From Nitrospira sp. (GTDB lineage Bacteria; Nitrospirota; Nitrospiria; Nitrospirales; Nitrospiraceae), in NCBI GenBank assembly GCA_018242765.1, contig JAFEBH010000025.1:140858-204857 (forward strand): a DNA stretch of 64,000 nucleotides, given 5' to 3'. The notes beneath the pieces are model-generated. The model was not told the origin of the DNA, did no database searches, and saw only the letters and a list, made by a program, of their open reading frames with translations. Shown here piece by piece: positions 1 to 7,197 of the stretch. The number at the start of each line of letters is the position of its first letter. Position 1 is the stretch's first letter. The position numbers and the translations under genes were made by a program.

Positions 1-964
1 CGATGGCCAAACGCACGGCGTGAGGCACTACCATCCCGATAAACCCAATCATGCCACTCATGGATACTACGGCACCGGTCACCAAGGCTGTCAGCACAAA
101 GATGGAGCGCTTTGCCTGTTCCATATCAACACCAAGCGAACGAGCCGCGTCTTCCCCTACTGCCAGAATATTCAAGACACACATCTGTCTGAACAGTAGA
201 AGGAGACCAATCGAAAGATAGACCCCTACCCCAATGAGTCCGCTATAGGTAGGTGACGTGAGTGTTCCCATCAACCAGGCCATCATGCCATACGAGCGGT
301 TGGGGTCCAGGACCGAGGTAACGAACATGATCAAGGCAGAAAAGATGGCGTTGAGGATCACTCCCGTCAACAGCAAGCTGTGAATCGGCAACCGTTCTGA
401 GCTGGTTGCCATTCGATAGACGATCACCAATGCGACGATCCCACCGGCAAAGCCACAGGCCGGCAATGCCGCTTCCGCTAAAACGGTCGTCCCTGCGCCA
501 CACAACACCCCCACGGCTGTGCCAAGCGCTGCTCCGCTGGAGACCCCAAGTACATAGGGATCGGCCAAGGGGTTGCGCAGCAGTGCCTGTAAGACGACGC
601 CTACTGCGGCCAAAGAGCATCCCACCAGAAACCCCAGCAACACCCTCGGGAGTCTGATCTGGAGTAGAATCGTGCGAGTGATATCTGTTGCGTTGCGGTC
701 CGTTCCAGGCTCATCACGTAGAATCGCGTCGACCAACACCCGGAGAATCTCTCCATACGCAATGGGTTGTGTTCCGAAGTGAAGACACATCAAGCTTACG
801 ACCGCCGACGTCAGCGTCAACAGCCCGAGTATCAGAATCAAACGTGACCGGGTAAGGAAAGCCCCTTGAAGAATACTGCCACGAGCAGAAGCCGCACCGC
901 CTGATCCGTCAGACAACCGATCGGCACAGGAACGTGGAGGCCCTGTGACGCTCGGCTGTTTCAC
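1..964 (-). CDS. FecCD/BtuC-family ABC transporter permease; 3' end runs off the window edge
   Basis: Minus-strand frame is open from GTG at 964 to position 1. It is absent from the ORF track because there is no stop in the window. Translation is multi-TM: ...LILILGLLTLTSAVVSLMCL...GVSSGAALG...MIGFIGMVVPHAVRLAI, which includes the family-typical IGF(I/V)G-x-VVPH motif. It starts 7 nt after the binding-protein stop. Confidence 0.85.
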   Translation of the reverse strand, partial: MKQPSVTGPPRSCADRLSDGSGGAASARGSILQGAFLTRSRLILILGLLTLTSAVVSLMCLHFGTQPIAYGEILRVLVDAILRDEPGTDRNATDITRTILLQIRLPRVLLGFLVGCSLAAVGVVLQALLRNPLADPYVLGVSSGAALGTAVGVLCGAGTTVLAEAALPACGFAGGIVALVIVYRMATSSERLPIHSLLLTGVILNAIFSALIMFVTSVLDPNRSYGMMAWLMGTLTSPTYSGLIGVGVYLSIGLLLLFRQMCVLNILAVGEDAARSLGVDMEQAKRSIFVLTALVTGAVVSMSGMIGFIGMVVPHAVRLAI

Positions 965-971
965 AAGATCC

Positions 972-2042
972 TCATGGATGAAGCGCAGGGGTATTGGGGC
1001 TGAACAGTTCCGGATGGATCGCCCGGACAAGCTGCTCCACGCCCTCAACGACGCGAGGGCCCGGACGATTCAGGAGACTTGACGAGACTTCATGAAATCT
1101 CTGTTGTTTGACGGCCGAGAGCGAGTCCCACCGCCGCCACTGCTGTTGCTCACTTTGCGGCACCGTTTCCACCTCGCCGCTCGGGAAAATCAGCACTTCC
1201 GGATCTTCCTTCAAGACTGTCTCCATACTCAGCCGTGGATAGGCCACACCGGCCTGAGCGGCGACGTTGACTCCTCCTGCAAGACCGATCATCTGATGGA
1301 GAAAACTTCCCGGCCCGACGCTGATCAACGGCTGGCTATTCAAGACATACAAGACTCGTTTCGCAGGGAGGGTCTCCACTTTGAGCTTAAGCTCGGCCAT
1401 ACGCTGACGCATGTGCTGCGTCACGTCGTTCGCGGCCGAGGTTTTCTCGAACATCGTGCCCAGCGTATGCAGTTGGAGCGGGATGTCCTCGACTGTCTTC
1501 GCATCAAGCACAAACACCGGAATTTTGAGCTGTTCGAGTTTCGCCTGTAGATCGGGACGGAGAAAGTCTTTGGGTGCGAGCACCAGGTCTGGTCGCAAGG
1601 CAATAATCGTTTCCACATTGGGATTTGCATATCCGACCTTGGCTTTGGACTTGGCACCAGCCGGGTAATCGCAAAACTCCGTGACCCCGACGATCTGGTC
1701 CTCCAAGCCAAGCGAAAACAGCATCTCGGTGATGCTCGGCGCCAATGACACCACGCGAGCCGGCGGCTTGGCCAGATACATGCGTCGCCCGACATCATCG
1801 ACAAAGGCTCTGGATGAAACATGGGCCATAAACGGCATGCCGGTGAGAATGCCCTGTTGCCGTCGTTTCATCACACCAACATCTCCTTCATCATATTCAG
1901 CAGACTGCGAGACACCCACAAGCAGCCCGATCAGAAACCAGGCCATCAGAATCAGATACTGTGGTCGCCATCGCGTCAATAAAAAATCCTCAAGGCCTGC
2001 ACAGACCTTGAGGATTACACCCGCTTCTTCATCCTCACGCAT
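972..2042 (-). CDS. ABC transporter periplasmic substrate-binding protein, BtuF/FhuD-like (cobalamin/siderophore class)
   Basis: 356 aa. N-terminal signal anchor (YLILMAWFLIGLLVGV) followed by RVVSLAPSITEMLFSLGLEDQIVGVTEFCDYP, typical of this binder class. GGGGA RBS before the ATG at 2042. Sits between a cobalamin riboswitch and the permease. Confidence 0.85.
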   Translation of the reverse strand: MREDEEAGVILKVCAGLEDFLLTRWRPQYLILMAWFLIGLLVGVSQSAEYDEGDVGVMKRRQQGILTGMPFMAHVSSRAFVDDVGRRMYLAKPPARVVSLAPSITEMLFSLGLEDQIVGVTEFCDYPAGAKSKAKVGYANPNVETIIALRPDLVLAPKDFLRPDLQAKLEQLKIPVFVLDAKTVEDIPLQLHTLGTMFEKTSAANDVTQHMRQRMAELKLKVETLPAKRVLYVLNSQPLISVGPGSFLHQMIGLAGGVNVAAQAGVAYPRLSMETVLKEDPEVLIFPSGEVETVPQSEQQQWRRWDSLSAVKQQRFHEVSSSLLNRPGPRVVEGVEQLVRAIHPELFSPNTPALHP

Positions 2043-2069
2043 TCCCCAGCCTCGAGGGAACGACGGTCA

Positions 2070-2290
2070 TATCTTCGAGCAGGTCTTCTGGCTCATGGTT
2101 CTCCCTACTCCCCGTCCCTTCCCATCTCTTGGACGCTATCGGCTCACAGCCCTCAGCTCAACGCTACAGGCTGACAGCTCCATGGCGACAGTGGCATCGA
2201 CGGGTTTCGTCCCCATTCACAGCGGCGGGACCGCGAGGGCTTCGACCCTCTTCCCTCACTCGAAGGCTCGTACATTGAGCACAATAGGAG
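2070..2290 (-). promoter_or_regulatory. Cobalamin (B12) riboswitch in the 5' leader of the ABC uptake operon
   Basis: Reverse complement reads AGGGAAGAGGGUCGAAGCCCUCGCGGUCCCGCCGCUGUGA ... GAUGCCACUGUCGCC ... GGGAAGG ... AGCCAGAAGACCUGCUC. The last element is the B12 box at 2077-2093, about 35 nt upstream of the start codon. The conserved core blocks occur in the canonical order. The outer boundaries are approximate. Confidence 0.8.
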
Positions 2291-2441
2291 AGGGCTGAAG
2301 AAGTTGTCAAGATCCATACGAATGAACCGCATCACCTCCCGATGCATCATGAGAAGAATCAGATGCTTGTGAGCGTTCGTCCAGCTATGGTACTATCCCT
2401 CCGTTAAACTGAATTTCACTTCAGCGAGAAGGAGTACGATC

Positions 2442-2633
2442 GTGGCATTTATGTGTGAAGTGTGCCAAAAGAAGCCGGTCTCCGGGAATAATGTCAGCCA
2501 TGCGAATAATAAGACCCGGCGCGTGTTCAACCCCAACATTCAAACCGTACGAGCTGTGGTCGGCAAGAGCCACAAGCGGATCCGTGTCTGCACCCGCTGC
2601 CTGCGTTCAGGATTGGTCAAGAAAGCCGTCTAG
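2442..2633 (+). CDS. rpmB: 50S ribosomal protein L28
   Basis: 63 aa: [37 protein letters not shown]...[10 protein letters not shown], the classic L28 sequence. AAGGAG RBS lies 7 nt before the GTG at 2442. Confidence 0.9.
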   Translation: MAFMCEVCQKKPVSGNNVSHANNKTRRVFNPNIQTVRAVVGKSHKRIRVCTRCLRSGLVKKAV

Positions 2634-2658
2634 TTCGTTCCGCGCCGTTCACGCACCA

Positions 2659-2973
2659 TTAGGGTGCGCCCCAGAGAACCCGGCCTCCTCGCTCAACCAA
2701 CTTGATGACCAATGGATCGTCAGGCGACAGAGTGAGGGTCCGGTTTCCATCTTTGCTCCTCAGCACAAGGCCCACCTCTCCGTTCACGTCCAAGCCAAGG
2801 CCGGCTCGTGCCTTACCCTTGGCATCCAGTAACAGAAACTCCTCCGCATTCACCCCATTGGGATTCTGGGCATGAACCGATGGTGGCGAGAACAATTGAT
2901 GGCTCAGTCCACCCCCAACCATTCCACCAATAAATGTGACAGCGCACAGCACGAGCATCTGTTTGTGGGTCAT
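2659..2973 (-). CDS. Small membrane-anchored hypothetical protein
   Basis: ORF 2659..3009. The internal ATG at 2973 is preceded by an AAGGAG RBS. The N-terminal TM helix is LVLCAVTFIGGMVGGGL. No recognisable family. Confidence 0.5.
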   Translation of the reverse strand: MTHKQMLVLCAVTFIGGMVGGGLSHQLFSPPSVHAQNPNGVNAEEFLLLDAKGKARAGLGLDVNGEVGLVLRSKDGNRTLTLSPDDPLVIKLVERGGRVLWGAP

Positions 2974-3047
2974 CGCTGCTCCTTTTTTGAAATCACCATG
3001 AGGGAACAAGATGGCGAGAAGGGAGATTCACGTACAGGAAGGGAGTT

Positions 3048-3072
3048 TGGAGCGGGCGATGGGATTTGAACC
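3048..3072 (-). repeat. Duplicated 3' end of tRNA-Gly (25-nt perfect direct repeat of 3219-3243); not a functional tRNA
   Basis: TGGAGCGGGCGATGGGATTTGAACC occurs at 3048 and again at 3219. Beyond the repeat, the upstream copy has no matching 5' acceptor strand. A base change also breaks its T-stem. Confidence 0.8.
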
Positions 3073-3218
3073 ACACTCCGTCGCCGGATCGGCCCTGAAA
3101 CCTACCTCCCGGCTCCTGCAGAGGGGGCCAGCCCCCTCGCACACTCCCCACGAAAGGGGCGCACCCCTTTCGGAATCCCCTGCCGTGGGTTCAAATCATC
3201 TCGACTGTAACGTGGATT

Positions 3219-3293
3219 TGGAGCGGGCGATGGGATTTGAACCCACGACAACTTGCTTGGGAAGCAAGGACTCTACCACTGAGCTACGCCCGC
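3219..3293 (-). tRNA. tRNA-Gly (anticodon CCC), CCA encoded
   Basis: Reverse complement folds as a cloverleaf: GCGGGCG TA GCTC AGTGGTA GAGT C CTTGC TTCCCAA GCAAG TTGTC GTGGG TTCAAAT CCCAT CGCCCGC T CCA. Confidence 0.9.
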
Positions 3294-3458
3294 TCGGTAG
3301 AGATCTTATACAGGAACACCGGCTGACTGTCCAGCTGCAGGTGGGGGCCAGATGGACAGCCTATGGTGAGAGTTGGTCGAGGAATTCATATGCATGTCCA
3401 GGTCACGAAACAAAACGGACGGGAAGGACCGAAGTATTAAGACCTGCATAGGTCCAAT

Positions 3459-3851
3459 CTACCCACTGAATCGTTCCAACTGGCGTACCCGTTTTCTGAA
3501 TTCTGTACCTGCGACTGCCTTGATGAGGCGGGGGTCATCCGTGATCATAGTGATCGATTCCATCTCTGCCAATGCAAGGTACAAGCAATCGTAGACGCGG
3601 TGATTCAATCTGGTGGCTAATGCGTATGCGCGGGCTATTAATATGTCGGATTCTACAAGCCGATCAAAATACAGAGGGATGGCGCGCATCATCGCTTCTC
3701 CCTGTTCGGGCGTTATTTCTCTACGTTTTACCTTTTTCCATGCCGTATTGCTCGCCTCGACCAGAACAAGCTCCGGTGCCAGAAGGGTTTCGCCTCTCGC
3801 AAGGACGGTACGGGCTGCCAACGCCCCCCGTTCCTCGACAAACCATTTCAC
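3459..3851 (-). CDS. vapC: PIN-domain toxin (VapC-like), probably start-compromised
   Basis: 130 aa from GTG. The in-frame codons immediately upstream (3852-3872) encode VVDASVA, the PIN N-terminal acidic motif. No ATG/GTG/TTG precedes that motif after the vapB stop. Confidence 0.6.
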   Translation of the reverse strand: MKWFVEERGALAARTVLARGETLLAPELVLVEASNTAWKKVKRREITPEQGEAMMRAIPLYFDRLVESDILIARAYALATRLNHRVYDCLYLALAEMESITMITDDPRLIKAVAGTEFRKRVRQLERFSG

Positions 3852-3877
3852 TGCGACGCTGGCATCAACAACCCACT

Positions 3878-4112
3878 TTACCGGTCTCGATCCTCCCGTA
3901 TCAGGGCAGTTGAATCCGTCTGCCGACGTTTGGGCGTCAACCCACGAATACGATCAGCCAACGCAAGTGTTTCCTGTACGTTAGGGAGTGCGGCAGTGGA
4001 GAGAATAGCCCACAGTTCCTGCTCCAGAGATTGTCCGTGGACTTCAGCCCTAGCTTTCAACGCCGCAATGAATGATACGATCATCCAGGTTACGGACAAT
4101 AACTTATCCCAT
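3878..4112 (-). pseudogene. vapB: VapB/FitA-type ribbon-helix-helix antitoxin, disrupted
   Basis: An RBS-preceded ATG at 4112 reads M G TAA(stop) V I V R N L D D R I I H, the family-typical IRNLDD strand. The remainder (AALKARAEVHGQSLEQELWAIL...) continues in a different frame. The track ORF 3878..4099 starts at a TTG in that second frame. This implies a nonsense codon plus a 1-nt frameshift. Confidence 0.5.
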
Positions 4113-4122
4113 ATTCACCTCA

Positions 4123-4150
4123 ATTGTGATGGCAGTAATGCTATCACAAT
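4123..4150. promoter_or_regulatory. Perfect 8-bp inverted repeat; candidate vapB operator
   Basis: ATTGTGAT-N12-ATCACAAT lies 11-38 nt upstream of the ancestral vapB ATG. Confidence 0.35.
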
Positions 4151-4579
4151 AGCCGTGCCCAGCAAATATCAACGCAACCAATAGGGAATCAATACGCCTG
4201 GCACAGAGGAACACTACCGCCACTCAAAAGCGGAACGCATACAGAAACTGCTCGAGACACTCACAACAGGTTGACTCTTTCGAATTTCTGAACCGAGCAT
4301 AGCAAGGCACATCGATTCAGATCCTCGATGTTGATGAAACGGAAGGACATATCGGATTCTTATAAGCCCACCTCTCACCTACTCTCATTGAGAGTAGCCC
4401 TCACTTTCCCACATGCTTCAGGTTGTCAAGTGACGGCAAGCTAGCACTCGACATGAAGGCCCAATCAGTACGTCCAAACGCTAAAGACGCGCAGGATGAA
4501 AGGGGTGTCGACAGCCTGCCCGTCTACCTATCAACCTCCCGGGCTTTTCTGACAATCACACAAAGACTCCCGACCCCTT

Positions 4580-4855
4580 TTATTCAACAGAGAAGTCCTC
4601 GACCCGGTCTTGCCGTTGCTGAAACACGACGGCAATGTTCATCCCGCGCGCGCAGATGGCCTCCGCCTCAGCGAGCGTCAAGCACTTTTCTGGAAGCCTC
4701 TGGGAATTGCTGAAGTTGTAATACCGAATAATGGTCTTCACATTCTCTGCTGCGAGACAGGAAAGACTCGCGGTCGTATTCCATGGCGTATCGATGATGG
4801 TCATGGCAGGGCCCCTTCTAACAATAAGTCGATCGGATTTCCTGACACAATCCAC
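4580..4855 (-). pseudogene. N-terminal fragment of a DUF1906 / Rv2525c-like glycoside-hydrolase-like protein
   Basis: TIIDTPWNTTASLSCLAAENVKTIIRYYNFSNSQRLPEKCLTLAEAEAICARGMNIAVVFQQ matches the N-terminal pattern of this family. The ORF stops after 91 aa, whereas the domain is normally more than 200 aa. No continuation is seen in the other frames downstream. Confidence 0.45.
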
Positions 4856-4916
4856 ATGATGGCACTATCCCTTAGCGCACCACGCGAAACCTCGCCACCT
4901 AAAGACAAATTTCACA

Positions 4917-5462
4917 TTATGCTGCTGCTCTCACTAGCCTGTCGAAAGGATCATGTATTCCAAGTTTTGTAAAGACACGATAGAAGCTATGGTTCCCGCC
5001 GGCGAGAAGAAGCCCATCAACACTATTCATTAGAATCTGATGCGCGTCGCTATACTTCGTGACCCATTCGGGCTTTTTAATTTCCTGTGGTAGCACCTCT
5101 AAAATATTTTGAAACATATGAAAATCAAGGCCCCAGGCCACCAATAGTCCCAAGCCAATCGCCACAGGCGTCTTCCAGGTTTTACCTTGGAGCCACGTAA
5201 AAACTTGTTCGGCCTTGAACACAAGAGTCAGTACTATCTCTAAGAACATGGACAGCACGAGATACTTCATCAAATGAGGACCTAGTTTATCCGCGCAGTC
5301 AATGGTTGTGCCGCACTTCGGCTGCTTCTGAAGGTCTTGAGGCTCTCCCTTTGTGGAACCAGAAGACGATTGGGCATACCCTGTCTCAGAGTTAACAAAG
5401 AACTGGAAGGTTCCTAGGCTAAGAAGAAGAATGAGCAGAAAGACACGAGCGAGTAATGACAT
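4917..5462 (-). CDS. Operon-terminal small membrane protein, unknown function
   Basis: 181 aa. Signal peptide/TM (LLARVFLLILLLSLGTF) plus two further hydrophobic helices. GAGGAGAA RBS. Only 28 nt downstream of the preceding eCIS gene. The stretch is visibly AT-richer. Confidence 0.6.
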   Translation of the reverse strand: MSLLARVFLLILLLSLGTFQFFVNSETGYAQSSSGSTKGEPQDLQKQPKCGTTIDCADKLGPHLMKYLVLSMFLEIVLTLVFKAEQVFTWLQGKTWKTPVAIGLGLLVAWGLDFHMFQNILEVLPQEIKKPEWVTKYSDAHQILMNSVDGLLLAGGNHSFYRVFTKLGIHDPFDRLVRAAA

Positions 5463-5490
5463 AAAGTTCTCCTCTTGCCAGAACTGGCTT

Positions 5491-7188
5491 TTAAGCGTGA
5501 TTGGTATCAGATTGGATCTCCGTACTTTCTTGAGATTGTTTCGTTGAGCCTATAAACGGCGACAGACACCACAGCATAAGGTTGTACAGACCGGAAAAGA
5601 ACAGTCCTAGAATTCCCCCGATGCCGATGTACGTAAACAATCCCTTGACGCCCTCTGCTGGCGGCAAGTGGTTTTCCCCCACAAACCACAGTAATCCCAG
5701 GATGGCTCCGCAAATCGTGAAGGCGATAAGGTCAAGACTCAATACGAACGGATTCTTCAACGGACGTCCTACCGGCTGCCCAAGGGGACTCACGACGCAC
5801 CGACAGTCGCGCTCGACAGACACACATCCTTCCTTGTCAGCGATCACATACGCGAGAGGAGCATAGCGATGATCGATGCCACGTGGCTCCCGCTCCTCAT
5901 ACATAACGTGCCCACTCGCGTCATTTGTTTTAGGCCATTCAATATCGCGCGTCGCGGCTCTGGCTGGGATCAACCAGTAATCTCCGCTTCGATACATGGC
6001 GGGGTGGCCATTGCTCTGACTGCGAAATGTAATCTTGAGATTATCTTCGAGTTCGACCTCTACCTCCTCGCGTACAACAATCGCGCCACTAGCAATCAGC
6101 CCATTGCGGTCGCCATGGTCCCATCGTCGTAACACCGCACGACACAACTGCAGTGACGCCTCGTTCTGTGCCAGTGGATGCGTGCTCTTGAGTGTCACAA
6201 TCGTTTCCATCCCCCCCAAATCAATTTTCTCGATTTGATACAATGGTCCAGGGGTCCCCCTGAGGACGTTAGATTCATCGACGATCTCGACCCAATCATC
6301 GATATTCAATCCGCCTCGGCTATCGCTCCCGAAATACTTCAAGGTCACAAGCAATTCTTTATTATTGTGTTTAGAACACATGGCAGATTGAATGGGAAAC
6401 GTCACGGAGCCATTTTCTCGTGACCACTTGAAGGTAGCACTCCCAGATGCCGCAGTGGCTCCCTGATGAATCTCGACACGATAGAGTTGATTCTCGCCAC
6501 CTTGGTACTGTGGAGTCGTCTCAGTGCTATGCCCCCCCACCGAGGCACGCAGTGTAACGCACCCCTTCTTCTGTAATTGTTCCTCCAGAAGCTGTTGGGC
6601 GTACTCGACGAACGCTTTTCGCTTCTCTTGGACTCTCTGAGGGTTCCGAGGCCAGAGTGCTTCTCCCTTCTCGAGGCGCTGTAATTCCTTCAGCCGCGAC
6701 TCAACTTCTCCGGTCACGTGGTCATCCAGCAGAAGCGTTTTCACTTGCCACACAATCTGTCCACGAGACGACGTGTCGGCTCCTCCGAGCGCCACTTCCC
6801 GGATGCCGTCGTCTTCGGCCGCCGTCACATGCCGTTCCCACACATCGAGATAGACCAAATACTTGCCATCCGTGAGTTGCTCAGCCGCTGGGTAGTGAGG
6901 CTGCTTGTCGTACGGTTGGTCTGTGGCGTTGGTGCACCCGATACCCTGGACGTAGTAACGCCCCTTCTTAATGTGAAAGCCTGTTTCGCCTTCCTTAATC
7001 TGGAAACTCGTCGCTGTCATGCCGCCATGCGGACCGATCACATCGGCCGTCAGCGAGCGGATGGACTCCAAGAAGATCGAGACTTGTTCATTCCAATCCG
7101 CATCAAGCTGAACACGCCCTTGCTGCATGAGAACGCGCGAGAACCGTTTTTCGTGGTCATACGTCAGACGAGAAAAATCACCTTTCAT
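5491..7188 (-). CDS. DUF6519-like eCIS-associated protein with a C-terminal two-helix membrane anchor
   Basis: 565 aa. The N-terminus MKGDFSRLTYDHEKRFSRVLMQQGRVQLDADWNEQ matches the DUF6519 signature as I recall it. The C-terminus has FVLSLDLIAFTICGAILGLLWFV and LFTYIGIGGILGLFFSGLYNLMLWCL. Confidence 0.7.
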   Translation of the reverse strand: MKGDFSRLTYDHEKRFSRVLMQQGRVQLDADWNEQVSIFLESIRSLTADVIGPHGGMTATSFQIKEGETGFHIKKGRYYVQGIGCTNATDQPYDKQPHYPAAEQLTDGKYLVYLDVWERHVTAAEDDGIREVALGGADTSSRGQIVWQVKTLLLDDHVTGEVESRLKELQRLEKGEALWPRNPQRVQEKRKAFVEYAQQLLEEQLQKKGCVTLRASVGGHSTETTPQYQGGENQLYRVEIHQGATAASGSATFKWSRENGSVTFPIQSAMCSKHNNKELLVTLKYFGSDSRGGLNIDDWVEIVDESNVLRGTPGPLYQIEKIDLGGMETIVTLKSTHPLAQNEASLQLCRAVLRRWDHGDRNGLIASGAIVVREEVEVELEDNLKITFRSQSNGHPAMYRSGDYWLIPARAATRDIEWPKTNDASGHVMYEEREPRGIDHRYAPLAYVIADKEGCVSVERDCRCVVSPLGQPVGRPLKNPFVLSLDLIAFTICGAILGLLWFVGENHLPPAEGVKGLFTYIGIGGILGLFFSGLYNLMLWCLSPFIGSTKQSQESTEIQSDTNHA

Positions 7189-7197
7189 GCTTCACTC

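Noticed and set aside
3048-3215. Possible second tRNA upstream of tRNA-Gly (tRNA-Sec, a long-variable-arm tRNA or an intron-containing tRNA).
   Set aside because: Only the 3' acceptor/T-arm strand is duplicated. No complementary 5' acceptor strand, D-arm or anticodon arm can be drawn, and a C-to-A change breaks the T-stem. It is treated as a repeat or scar instead.
3011-3451. 146-aa plus-strand ORF with LERAMGFEP repeated twice.
   Set aside because: The internal repeat is just the translation of the duplicated tRNA sequence, and the ORF runs across the tRNA gene.
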